Shown: positions 42,708 through 52,640, counted from the stretch's first letter. The stretch: DNA of 64,000 nt from Candidatus Latescibacterota bacterium (GCA_965217585.1 OZ244561.1:1824001-1888000); one strand, 5' to 3'. Notes: generated by a model from the letters alone, not told the origin. A program made the numbers and translations.

Positions 42708-43058
42708 AGGGGTAATTCCTTTGTTTTGGATTTTGGATTGAGTCCCAATAGAAGTAAAATATGAAAAGTCTTTCCATCTACCAATAATATCTGCAAAGTC
42801 CATTGGGTTTGCCCCGACCGATTGTTTATATTGCTTGAAAACGACAGGTTTGCTCCAAATCGGGGTATTCTGGAAATGCTTCTCATAGGGAATCCCGAAG
42901 AATATCGGCTGAAATTCGGGATTTTTCATTTGCAAGATTTCATCTATGCAACTCGTTGTCGAACAGGAACCTGCCGTTTTCAAGTATATTATCAATACTT
43001 CACTAAATCGGCGACCCATCCTCGGTTCATCCAGGGCAGTTATAGGGAGGACAACTTA

Positions 43059-45179
43059 ATGAGTACACGCCTACTGCTTTGCTATTGTGGCCTGCTCCTT
43101 ACAGCCTCTGTCGCTTCGGGCCTGAGCGAGTACCGGCTCGGCGGGAACGACGGCAATGCTTGGCAGAGCGCCCTGTCCCTTGACAGCGCGGGAGAATACC
43201 TAGTCCTCGACAATAACAACCAGCTACAGAGGACGGTCGTGGTGGGGACGACGACGCACGGTGCCGGCACGGATACGCTGATCGATTTCTCCGATACGTC
43301 TATCCGCCCTCGTTTCATTGAACAGGATGTAAACCTGTCGGTTCTTGGTTCCGGAGATTCGTCAGTGCTGCCATACATCGGCGGCAGAGTACACAGTTCG
43401 ACTAATTGCGCAAATGCCGATTCGGATATTCTCACCATCAGACGAATGTTCGACGGAGACCAGACTACAGCGATGTTCCGGCCCTTCACCCGGCATCCAG
43501 ACGCACCACCGGGCTACTGCGGCGGTTACTGCGAGGGAGTAGGGTGGGGGGTGAGGCAAGCGGCGGTGATCGATTTTCGCGCCGTCGTGCCGGTGAACCG
43601 CATCCGCTTTTACCCGCGCCTGAGCCCGAGCGAAGATGCGCTGCTAATTGAGGAACTCGCCGAGCCCCGTCCCCCGCAGGAGGCGTACGGAGTAGACAGC
43701 TTCTCCGGCAACTTCATAACCGGGTATGAGCTCCGTTCAAGTGACAATACGGTCAAATACAGAAATAGCCCCTGCGATGAAATCGGTCGGCTGACGGGTC
43801 TGCCATGGGTGAGGCGAATGGATCCCCGGTTGGATGTATTAAAAAGCGAACCTGAAAACCTAGATATCGTCGTCGATCTGCATTTTCCTACCCAGTCAAT
43901 CCGCTGGTTGACCTTCCAGGCCTTCGGCGGCAGCACATTTGAGGTCGCCGAGATGGAAGTCTATGGCGAGGGCTTTGTCGAAGAGACGGTCTTTGTCACC
44001 CAGATTCTCGACTTCGGCAAATCGGTAAACTGGGGCAAGCTCCGGTGGGCCGGCGATCAGCCTCCGGGCACGCGCGTGGAGATTCAAACGCGCAGCGGCA
44101 ATACGCCGGATCCAAACCTGTATTACGCCGAAAGTGAAAATCTGGATATCGTCCCCGTTTCCCTGGACGAATACGAGGGCATCAACATTCTCGACCGGCA
44201 GCCGGTAGCTTACGACGTGGCGAACTGGAGTATCTGGTCACCGCCCTACAACTTCGCCGCCGGACTACGCGATTCTTCGTTATCCGCAGAGGCATGGCAA
44301 GACGGCACCCCGATGGTGTCACCGGGGCCTAGCCGCTACCTGCAGGTCCTGGTTCGGTTTCATTCCACCCTTACGACGGCATCTCGGTTGGATCAGCTAA
44401 CGCTGCAATTCGGCGACTCTCCCTCAGCCCAAGAGCTATTCGGCGAGATCTGGCCCATCGAAGTTGAAACCATTGAGCCTACCACTTTTACCTACGTTGT
44501 GCGGCCTAAATTCCAAGAAGGAGACATCGGCTTCGACCGGCTGGAAGTTCTCACCCCCACTCGCGTTGCCCACATTCACTCAGTGAAACTGGGCGGAGAG
44601 GAGATCAATCCCGATCTCTATCCCATCGATGTGGAGGAGGATCGGTTTGTGGTCGCATTTCCCCATCTCGTCGGCCAGGACAACAATCTGGTGCAACTGG
44701 AAGTGGTCTTTGATGCGCCGGTGCTGCGCTATGGCACCGAGTTCCGCGGTTGGGTCTTCAACAGCGAGGAGGCGCGGCCGATCAAACAGCAGGTGAAGCC
44801 AGGCGACGCCACGTTCCGATTTTCCGGCAATATCCTGGCCGTGAGAACACCGCTGGGGGGTGCTCTTCTGGTAGATGTGGAACCGGTACCGGGCATCTTT
44901 TCGCCCAATGGCGACGGCATCAATGAAACGATGACAATTTCCTACAAACTGCGCGAAATTACGGCGGAGCGGCTCGTCTTCCTGCGTATCTACAATCTGG
45001 CCGGCGAGCTGATGTATGAGTCGCCGTCTCGGCTGGTCAAGAGCGGTGAATTCGCTCACGAGTGGGGGGGGCTGGATCGCAACGGCCATCTGGTGTCGCC
45101 GGGCATCTATATCTACGAACTCAGCATTCAGGCTGAGGCAGAAGAGACCAAAATGGGTACATTCGCGGTAGCCTACTGA
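43059..45179 (+). CDS. Secreted protein, paralog 2 (FlgD-Ig/CTD-like C-terminus ending VAY)
   Basis: GGAGG RBS plus ATG43059; signal peptide; VNRIRFYPR, EMEVYGEG, TRSG, WSIWS, SPGPSRYLQ, GEIWP, FSPNGDGIN, PGIY, AVAY-stop. Confidence 0.75.
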   Translation: MSTRLLLCYCGLLLTASVASGLSEYRLGGNDGNAWQSALSLDSAGEYLVLDNNNQLQRTVVVGTTTHGAGTDTLIDFSDTSIRPRFIEQDVNLSVLGSGDSSVLPYIGGRVHSSTNCANADSDILTIRRMFDGDQTTAMFRPFTRHPDAPPGYCGGYCEGVGWGVRQAAVIDFRAVVPVNRIRFYPRLSPSEDALLIEELAEPRPPQEAYGVDSFSGNFITGYELRSSDNTVKYRNSPCDEIGRLTGLPWVRRMDPRLDVLKSEPENLDIVVDLHFPTQSIRWLTFQAFGGSTFEVAEMEVYGEGFVEETVFVTQILDFGKSVNWGKLRWAGDQPPGTRVEIQTRSGNTPDPNLYYAESENLDIVPVSLDEYEGINILDRQPVAYDVANWSIWSPPYNFAAGLRDSSLSAEAWQDGTPMVSPGPSRYLQVLVRFHSTLTTASRLDQLTLQFGDSPSAQELFGEIWPIEVETIEPTTFTYVVRPKFQEGDIGFDRLEVLTPTRVAHIHSVKLGGEEINPDLYPIDVEEDRFVVAFPHLVGQDNNLVQLEVVFDAPVLRYGTEFRGWVFNSEEARPIKQQVKPGDATFRFSGNILAVRTPLGGALLVDVEPVPGIFSPNGDGINETMTISYKLREITAERLVFLRIYNLAGELMYESPSRLVKSGEFAHEWGGLDRNGHLVSPGIYIYELSIQAEAEETKMGTFAVAY

Positions 45180-45472
45180 CCGCCAGATAGCATGGGTGGA
45201 TAATGCTTCAAGCGAAATACTGCCTAAAGGCGACTCTTCCCCGTGCCGGATCAACCTGCGGGCGATACTGACGGGGATGGTGCTGTATTCGGAATGGTCC
45301 TGGGACAGTTTGTGGTGGATGATGACCGGCAATTCGATTTAGCTGACCTGGAAAATATCTTGACAGCTATAATTTTATTATTTAGCGTACTATATAATAT
45401 ATACGGATTAAGAGTAGCTGGTAAATTACCGGCTGAACTCTCTCCATCGTCCTCATCCATGGGAGTTATATC

Positions 45473-46375
45473 ATGCGTAGAAGGACAGCATTGACGCTCA
45501 GCGCGATCATGGTCTTGGCGTTTGCGATATCCGTTTCAGGCCATGTACCTGTGGGCGAGACGTTTTTCGCCGCCCAGTTTCCCGACGAAGCCGTCCCCAG
45601 CATAGATGGTGACCCCAGCGATTGGGACATCGTCCCAGAGACGCCTTATCATATCAGAAATGATCGCATGCAGGGAAGCGACCCGTCTATCGGATTGAGA
45701 GATCCAGGCTCCACCGATCCCAGCGATTTAAGTATGAACAGCGTCATTGGTTGGAATGAAAGTGCCAACAAGGTTTACTTCTTGGTTGAGGTGTTTGACG
45801 ATATCCACAACGTAGATCGCGATGACGTGTCGGTGTTCTGGGAAGATGACGATGTCGAGATCAACTTGAACGGCGACCATACCGGACAGGATGAGGCCAA
45901 TGTGGAAGGCGAGCCGTGGAACAACCAATATTACGGCCTAGTAGTGCCGCCGGTAGAGGGACAGTTTTTCTATCCCCAGCCTGGCCCCGAGTGGTTTCAG
46001 GCCGGCACCGACTGGCTCCAATTCGGCTGGAGTTTCACTGGCGAACAGTTTGGCGAAAGTACCTATTACTACGAGACGGCGATGCAGGTGTACCTCAGCA
46101 TTCCCAGAGTGGAAAGTCCCTCTGAAGATGACGTTGAGATTCTCGACCTCGAAGAGGGCGAAGTCATCCACTTTAGCATCGATATTGGCGACTTCGATGA
46201 GCCGGGCCGGACCTATGACACTTTCTGGTCCGTGAGCGACGACAGAGCCTGTTGCAGCGCCAACTCCGATCTGTTCTTGGCTGAAGTCGATCCTCTGCTT
46301 GAAGAGGCGCTGGCCAATCGCCCCACAGCAGTTGAAGAAGCGAGCTGGGGCCGTATCAAAGCTGCCCACCACTAA
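45473..46375 (+). CDS. Secreted CBM9/DOMON-like protein with C-terminal AVEEASWGRIK tail
   Basis: Signal peptide; PSIDGDPSDW, GWNE...VYF..EVFDD, WEDDDVEI motifs; acidic. Confidence 0.65.
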   Translation: MRRRTALTLSAIMVLAFAISVSGHVPVGETFFAAQFPDEAVPSIDGDPSDWDIVPETPYHIRNDRMQGSDPSIGLRDPGSTDPSDLSMNSVIGWNESANKVYFLVEVFDDIHNVDRDDVSVFWEDDDVEINLNGDHTGQDEANVEGEPWNNQYYGLVVPPVEGQFFYPQPGPEWFQAGTDWLQFGWSFTGEQFGESTYYYETAMQVYLSIPRVESPSEDDVEILDLEEGEVIHFSIDIGDFDEPGRTYDTFWSVSDDRACCSANSDLFLAEVDPLLEEALANRPTAVEEASWGRIKAAHH

Positions 46376-46519
46376 GCTGCATTCTGCCAGCCTGCCGCTG
46401 TAGTCTGGCTCAGGCAGAGTGTTTGTTTTGATCTACCCCCTGTTCCGACCGGCTGGACCACTGGATCGGAACAGGGGGTTTTTTATAGCGTACTGCCAAT
46501 CGTCCGCAGAGGAGGTGAT

Positions 46520-49500
46520 GTGAAACACGCTATCGCCGCACGACAGTCTTGGATATGGATCGCGTTGCTGTATCTGCACACCGGCGTCGGGATCAATGTC
46601 CATCCGGCCGCCGCACAAAGCGGCAAAGGATACCAACTGATTGGCGATCACATCGTCGTCAATGCGCCGTCTGAATGGGTCAACTGGAGTTTGCCACTCC
46701 ACGCGGTCGAGGTCACGGACGAGGGCGTTGCGCCCCATCTGTTTCGCCAGCGCTACAACTTGCTCGACGATCGCGAGACCTTTGTTCGCACACTCCCGGG
46801 GATAAAGCTGAAGAGAAAAGAGCACTTTATTCTCAATGTCGACAGCACCGAGACCCTGGATGTGAGGGGCAATATTATCACCAAGAAGTCGAAGGGCAAG
46901 TCGGTGCCTGTCTGGACCTACCAGCTACGGATGGGTATCAGCCGGGTGGGGTCCAACACAAATGCGGCGGCAAATATACTGGACGGCGATCCCAACACTT
47001 ACTGGGAGCCAGACCCGGACGATCCCATCGACGATTGGTGGGTAGAGGTGGATCTGGGTCGCGTGGTACCCATCGATTCGCTGGTGGTGCAATTCGTAGA
47101 CGAAAAACTGGGGGATCCGTTCGCTAAGTTTCGCCTGCTGACCTCTCCGTGGCAGGTCCCGGTCCTTGAAAAGTCCAGAGACATTGGCTTCGAGCTTTCG
47201 GGTCTGACGACGATACCCAACAAAGATCAACGGCAGTTCGATTTCGCCCTGACGCAACAACGCGCCGATCCGGGATGGACCGGGCAGTTGGTGGAGACCA
47301 TCCGCATTGTAGTCAGCGATACGCGCGGTGGCCGCGGCAGCCTAATCAGCGAGGAAGAGTGGCTGGCGCTAGCCCCCAACGAGCGGGGTGACATCGTCTA
47401 TTTCGCCGTAGACAAGGTGGGGTTTGAAGAGCCTATAGTGGAGGAGGAGAAAAGCGAGGAGAAGGCGGTATTCGAGGCCCTGCCACCGGAACGTCAGGGC
47501 CGCAAGGAATTCTACGTCCGCGAGCGCCCCCGGCTCGCCGACATCGAGGTATGGGGATGGGGCGATAACCTGAGTACAGGCATCATCTCCGGCGGCGGCA
47601 ACCTCACTGTTACCGGCAGCAGCGCCACTAGTCCGGGAGCGGCCTTCGACGGCGACTTCAAATCCATCTTTCAGCACGCCATCCGGGAGAAGATTTCCTT
47701 CATCGAGCGCGGCATCCTCACCATCGACCTGGGCGCGACGTTCTGGCTCGACTCTATGCGGCTGGCCTCAGCTGGCACTGACCAGTCGGAGGGCTACGCA
47801 GTGCGCAGTTCCCTGGGTGACTTCGATACCAACGGTCTGCTGCGCTGGCGAAAATTGAGTCCGCTCATGCGGGAAGACAACACGTTGGAACGCTACAACA
47901 ATATCCTCGACGCCTACGATCCGCCGACAAAAATGAGGCTGTTGGAGGTCGTTCAGCTCAACCCCGTTTCCAGAGGCGGGTACTATCTTGGTCCCAACGT
48001 TTCGGAGTATATGCTGTTTTCAGAGGGCTATGCCGCCGAGGTCGTACTCACCTCGGATTTGATCGAAGTCCCTATTGGCCGCAATTTAGGTGCCATCACC
48101 TGGGAGGCAGAAACACCTCCGGGCACCCAAGTGGAGATCCGCACTCGTTCCGGCGATCAGACCCAGGAAATCATTCGCTATTTTAACGCTACAGGCAGCG
48201 AGCTGACGCTTAAACAGTGGAATAATCTGCTCGGCTCCCTAAAGGGGCCCGTCGATACTTCGCTGGTCGTGGGCACCGACTGGAGTAACTGGAGCCGCCA
48301 ATACGCGCAATCTGGAGACCGGGTGACATCGCCGTCGCGCAAGAGCCTGCTGCAAATCCAGATAAAGCTGAAGACGGAGGATCGCTTTACGGCCGCCGCC
48401 ATCAAATTCGTCGACATTGAGCTGCTCGACCCGGCGGCCGACCGGCTCGTCGCCGAGCTATGGCCTGTTGCGGTGAACGCCGCTGGACGGCTGGACACCT
48501 TCGAGGTCTTCGCGCGGCCCTTCTTTATCGAGAGCCCCGTGCCCGAACGCAGCAGCGGCTTCGACGAGATCCTGCTCAGCTTCTCGGGTGCCGAAATGGA
48601 ACTGCTCGAATTGGATCTCGGCTTTGACGACAACGGCCAGCCCCTGACCTCCTTCCGAGCCAGCGAGCCCGGCTTTGACGGCCTGGAGTTGCTGCAAAAC
48701 CAATCCGATTCCATTCACGTCCGACTACCCAACATCATCCATGCGCTAACTGGCGGCGAGGGCCAGCGGCTCTATCACCGCATCACTGTCGAAGGGGACC
48801 AGGTTCCAACCGCCAGAAACGGCGAGCTGCTGACCAGCGCCACGTGGGGCCTGCTACTGCCCGAAGAGCGGGGCGACCGGCGTTTCTTCCGCAAGTTCGT
48901 CAACGCTAATGGACAGGTCGAGCTAACAGCTATCTCCGAGGACACGTACGACGAGCTGGAGGAGGAACAACGCCTAGGACGCTACTTCCGCATTCTCGTC
49001 GACGGAGGGGGCCAGTTCCCCTTCGCCGCCGGCGGTGACACGCTTGGCCGCAGCGCCCATTCGGCGCTCTCCTTCAGTGCCCGCGGACGTGTTGTCGGCG
49101 AAGGTCCACTCATGCGGCTGCGCTTTGCCTCCCCGGTTTTCGTCAACGGTACCACCCTGGACATGGCGGTGCGCAACACCAACGGCGGTGCTGATCTGGA
49201 GGTCGCTTGGCAGGGCGTCGAGTCGGGTGATGCCACACCTTTGATCGCCAGCGAATCGCTGTCCATTCAGATGCCTCTCGACGCCAGACCGTTGGATGAT
49301 TTCAGCATCACTCCCAATCCCTTTACGCCCAACGGCGATGATATCAACGACCAAGCGAACATCGAGGTTCTCGTTGTCAAACTCAGCGCCGCCCGCGAGG
49401 CCACGGTGCGCATCTTCGACCTAGGTGGCCGACGCGTCTGGGAACAGCAGCAGATGGTAAGCAGCGGCCTCGCCAGCATCGCCTGGAACGGCACCGACAA

Positions 49501-49609
49501 CGGGGGCAACCTCGTGGCACCGGGCATTTACATCTGCCAGTTCAAGCTTGCCGTCGATAACGACAATGCAAATACGGTGCTGTCCAGACTCGTTCACGTT
49601 GCATACTAG
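46520..49609 (+). CDS. Secreted protein, paralog 3 (1029 aa; two discoidin-like domains; FlgD-Ig/CTD-like C-terminus ending VAY)
   Basis: GAGGAGG RBS plus GTG; LDGDPNTYW..WVEVDLG, AFDGD..IDLG, TRSG, WSNWS, ELWP, NPFTPNGDDIND, FDLGG, WNGTD, PGIY, HVAY-stop. Confidence 0.75.
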   Translation: MKHAIAARQSWIWIALLYLHTGVGINVHPAAAQSGKGYQLIGDHIVVNAPSEWVNWSLPLHAVEVTDEGVAPHLFRQRYNLLDDRETFVRTLPGIKLKRKEHFILNVDSTETLDVRGNIITKKSKGKSVPVWTYQLRMGISRVGSNTNAAANILDGDPNTYWEPDPDDPIDDWWVEVDLGRVVPIDSLVVQFVDEKLGDPFAKFRLLTSPWQVPVLEKSRDIGFELSGLTTIPNKDQRQFDFALTQQRADPGWTGQLVETIRIVVSDTRGGRGSLISEEEWLALAPNERGDIVYFAVDKVGFEEPIVEEEKSEEKAVFEALPPERQGRKEFYVRERPRLADIEVWGWGDNLSTGIISGGGNLTVTGSSATSPGAAFDGDFKSIFQHAIREKISFIERGILTIDLGATFWLDSMRLASAGTDQSEGYAVRSSLGDFDTNGLLRWRKLSPLMREDNTLERYNNILDAYDPPTKMRLLEVVQLNPVSRGGYYLGPNVSEYMLFSEGYAAEVVLTSDLIEVPIGRNLGAITWEAETPPGTQVEIRTRSGDQTQEIIRYFNATGSELTLKQWNNLLGSLKGPVDTSLVVGTDWSNWSRQYAQSGDRVTSPSRKSLLQIQIKLKTEDRFTAAAIKFVDIELLDPAADRLVAELWPVAVNAAGRLDTFEVFARPFFIESPVPERSSGFDEILLSFSGAEMELLELDLGFDDNGQPLTSFRASEPGFDGLELLQNQSDSIHVRLPNIIHALTGGEGQRLYHRITVEGDQVPTARNGELLTSATWGLLLPEERGDRRFFRKFVNANGQVELTAISEDTYDELEEEQRLGRYFRILVDGGGQFPFAAGGDTLGRSAHSALSFSARGRVVGEGPLMRLRFASPVFVNGTTLDMAVRNTNGGADLEVAWQGVESGDATPLIASESLSIQMPLDARPLDDFSITPNPFTPNGDDINDQANIEVLVVKLSAAREATVRIFDLGGRRVWEQQQMVSSGLASIAWNGTDNGGNLVAPGIYICQFKLAVDNDNANTVLSRLVHVAY

Positions 49610-49652
49610 CGCTGAGAAGCCTTCTTACAATTTCCGGCGGCTGTCGCGCGGC

Positions 49653-52640
49653 TCACTCGGTGTCAATTTTATAGTGAATCTCGCGACTCGTGCCCGCCGT
49701 CGCCGCAGGCTCAGAGTCACTCTCAGCCATCAGGCCCTGCCATTCTCGCCTAGCTTCATCAAAGCGCTTTTCCGAGGCATAGAGGTCGATCAGTGCTTTC
49801 TGGGTACCCATCAACTCCGGATTCAATTCCAGCGCCGCTTTGTAGTGAGCGACGGCTTCTTCCGGCTTGCCTTGGGCGGCGTAGAGGGCACCTAAATTGC
49901 TGCTGGAAAGGGCGAGATCTGGCCTCAGAGCCAGCGCTTTTTGGTATGTAGCCAGCGCCTCTTCCACGCGCCCCGCTTGGTGATAGGCAAGGCCTAAATC
50001 GTTGAGAACCACCACCAAGTGCGGAGCGCAGCGATAAGCTTGCTGGTAGGCCTCGATGGCTTCCTCGAGGCGGCCTCTGGAATGGAGCAAAGCTCCCCAG
50101 CCGTAATGCCCTAGTCCAAAATTCGGGTCTAGCTGCACTGCACGGCGAAAGTGCCATATGGCCCGGTCGAGGCGGTCCTGCCGGAAGTAAATGCGCCCGA
50201 GATGGAAATGTGACTCGACGTCTGTTGAATCCTCGTCAATTTTTGCCAAATATCGCTCTTCGTCAAGCTGCCAGTCCCGCAGGCGCTCAAAGATTCGCCG
50301 CTCGCTCTCGGCAGCATTGAGGTATCCTTGTTGTCTGTAGAGGCGGGCGAGATTGAGGTGTGGATGCGGTTCCCATGGAGCCCGGAGAGCAGCCTGTCGA
50401 AAAGCTGCGGTCGCCGCCGCCACGGCCCCTTCGCGGCGGTGCACCAGCCCCAGAAGGTTCTGACTCTCCCAGTCGGCTGGAGCCAGAGCGGAGATGCGTT
50501 CAAGCACCTGTTTGGCCCGGTCTGTTCGGTTGAGGCTGAGGTAGATGTCGCTGAGTAGCTTGTAGATTTTCACCGACGACGAATCTCGCAAAATAGCCAT
50601 TTCGAGGACCGCTGTCGCCTCTTCTGCTTTACCCAACCCCCCGAAGAGAACAGCGGCGACAGCGTATCTGATATCGAGGGAATCGGGCTGCAACTCAATG
50701 GCCGGTCGCAGGACATTGAGCGCCTCTTCGTAGCGTCCCTGTTCATAGAGCTCGACCCCTTTTCTCAGGTGGTCGGTTGCGGTCCAGCCAGGGGACGCGG
50801 CAATTCGAGGAGGATGAGGTTGCGCCTCGATCTCTGCGGCGGCCAGCGAAGCGACAAGGGGCTGTTGATTTTCAGGTTTTGCGCCGCCGTAACTGGAGAG
50901 GATGGCTTCAGCCGCTTCCACGACCACATGGTAGCGACCCAACGGGGGATGTTCGAGCCTCTGAGTGCGTCCGCTGGGCCAGTGTATCTCGATGTGGTCG
51001 ATCTGTGCTGCGCTCCCAAGCCCGAAGAGTAGCCGGGTGTCGTGCTGTGACAGATAGCCGTAGCCCCTGTGTACTTCGCGGGTCTGAATTTGCTCGCCGA
51101 CTGCCAACTGCACTCGGGCACCTATCGCATCGCGATTGCTTTCCACACCGACCAACTCCAATCCCAGCCAGTTGTTGCGGTTGTCGCGCCGATTTTCGAG
51201 CAAAGTCGGTGTGTCGTTCAGGTTTACCACGAGGATGTCGACGTCTCCGTCGTTGTCGTAATCGCCAAAGGCCGCGCCTCGACTGACTTTCACCAGCTCT
51301 AGTCCGATACTGGATGCACTCGATCGAAACAGACCGCCGACATTGCGATAGAACAGATTGCGCTGGGCGTAGCCAATGTCGGCGGTATTCAGGTCGGTCT
51401 GAGGATAGATGTGGCCGTTGGCCACGAACAGGTCCAGCCAACCATCGTTATCGCTGTCGAAAAAGGACGTGCTCCAACCCAGATACGGCCTTACCTCGCC
51501 GTCCAATCCAACCGCCGCCGTGGCATCGAAAAACGAACCATCGCCTTGGTTTTGATACAGGGTATTGGCGTCATCGGAGAAGTTGGTGACGAAGAGATCG
51601 AGATCGCCATCGTTGTCGTAGTCTCCGGAGGCGACGCCCATCCCCGCCTGCTCACGTCCATTCTCACTGAAGGCAACGCCGGCGAGCATGCCGACCTCGG
51701 TCAGGCTCCATTGGCCGTCGTTGCGGTAAAGCAAATTTGGCATCGAGTCATTGGCGACGTAGATGTCCTGATCTGCGTCGCCATCGAAATCCCCGAAGAC
51801 GATTCCGAGCGAGGGCTGCTTGTGGCGGGTAACTCCCGTCCTCTCGCTGACGTCCACAAAACCGCCAGCACGGTCATTGCGATACAGGACATTGGCCTGT
51901 GGCTCTAGGCCCATAGGTCCGCAGAAGACATCCAGTCCTTTCCAGACACACGGCCGCCATTCTTCCGAGGGATCTGGCAGATCAAATACGAGGTAATTGG
52001 CGACGAAGAGATCGAGGAATCCATCTGCGTCGACATCGCCGAAAGCGGCACTGGCCCCCCAACCGTCATCGCCCACTGCCGCCTGGACGGTCACTTCGGT
52101 GAAGTGCCCGCTACCCTCATTGCGGTACAGAACATTGGGGCCCCAGTAGGTGACGTAGATATCTACATCGCCGTCGTTGTCATAGTCTCCTATGGCACAT
52201 CCCATGCCCCAGCCCAAATAGCCTACTCCAGCCTCCTCGGTCACGTCTGCAAACAGGTCATCCGGTCCCTGGCCGGTGTTGCGATAGAGCCGGTTGCCCT
52301 TTTCAGGCAACGCCTCCACAGCCCCGCCGTTGACTAGGAAAAGGTCGAGGAGTCCGTCTCCGTCATAGTCGAAAAAAGCGCCCCCGCCCGCCATCGACTC
52401 GAGGATGAATCGCTGTTGCCGGGTTCCCGATGTATGGACAAAATCCACGCCGCTCTGGTCAGTGACATCAACGAATCGAAGAGCCGCCGGAGCCGCCGGC
52501 TCCGAGTGCCGCTGCACCTGAGTCTGTGCCGGGCTGCCCGCGAAAATCAGCTCTTCGCGGTTGGGCGAGCACGCTGCTCCGAGCCAGATGAAGACAAAGG
52601 CGCTTGAAATTCCGAGAGCATATCTCAAGTATTGCGTCAT
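49653..52640 (-). CDS. ASPIC/UnbV (CRTAC1-like) FG-GAP lipoprotein fused to C-terminal TPRs
   Basis: LGAA-C lipobox; DYDNDGD repeats; SNRDAIGARV..GYLSQ..LFGLG..IEIHWPSG; TPR tail. Confidence 0.9.
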   Translation of the reverse strand: MTQYLRYALGISSAFVFIWLGAACSPNREELIFAGSPAQTQVQRHSEPAAPAALRFVDVTDQSGVDFVHTSGTRQQRFILESMAGGGAFFDYDGDGLLDLFLVNGGAVEALPEKGNRLYRNTGQGPDDLFADVTEEAGVGYLGWGMGCAIGDYDNDGDVDIYVTYWGPNVLYRNEGSGHFTEVTVQAAVGDDGWGASAAFGDVDADGFLDLFVANYLVFDLPDPSEEWRPCVWKGLDVFCGPMGLEPQANVLYRNDRAGGFVDVSERTGVTRHKQPSLGIVFGDFDGDADQDIYVANDSMPNLLYRNDGQWSLTEVGMLAGVAFSENGREQAGMGVASGDYDNDGDLDLFVTNFSDDANTLYQNQGDGSFFDATAAVGLDGEVRPYLGWSTSFFDSDNDGWLDLFVANGHIYPQTDLNTADIGYAQRNLFYRNVGGLFRSSASSIGLELVKVSRGAAFGDYDNDGDVDILVVNLNDTPTLLENRRDNRNNWLGLELVGVESNRDAIGARVQLAVGEQIQTREVHRGYGYLSQHDTRLLFGLGSAAQIDHIEIHWPSGRTQRLEHPPLGRYHVVVEAAEAILSSYGGAKPENQQPLVASLAAAEIEAQPHPPRIAASPGWTATDHLRKGVELYEQGRYEEALNVLRPAIELQPDSLDIRYAVAAVLFGGLGKAEEATAVLEMAILRDSSSVKIYKLLSDIYLSLNRTDRAKQVLERISALAPADWESQNLLGLVHRREGAVAAATAAFRQAALRAPWEPHPHLNLARLYRQQGYLNAAESERRIFERLRDWQLDEERYLAKIDEDSTDVESHFHLGRIYFRQDRLDRAIWHFRRAVQLDPNFGLGHYGWGALLHSRGRLEEAIEAYQQAYRCAPHLVVVLNDLGLAYHQAGRVEEALATYQKALALRPDLALSSSNLGALYAAQGKPEEAVAHYKAALELNPELMGTQKALIDLYASEKRFDEARREWQGLMAESDSEPAATAGTSREIHYKIDTE

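Noticed and set aside
42708-43058. Overlapping N-terminal extensions of ORFs 40785-43019 and 42822-45179
   Set aside because: RBS and signal peptides place the starts at 42707 and 43059; the interval is an AT-rich divergent intergenic region
45360-45398. Perfect TTGACA and TATAAT as one promoter
   Set aside because: They are 27 nt apart; a promoter is likely in this AT-rich stretch but its boxes cannot be assigned
24366-52640. Enediyne biosynthetic cluster or Rnf/Nqr respiratory complex
   Set aside because: No PKS, thioesterase, unbL-like gene or other rnf/nqr subunits in the window
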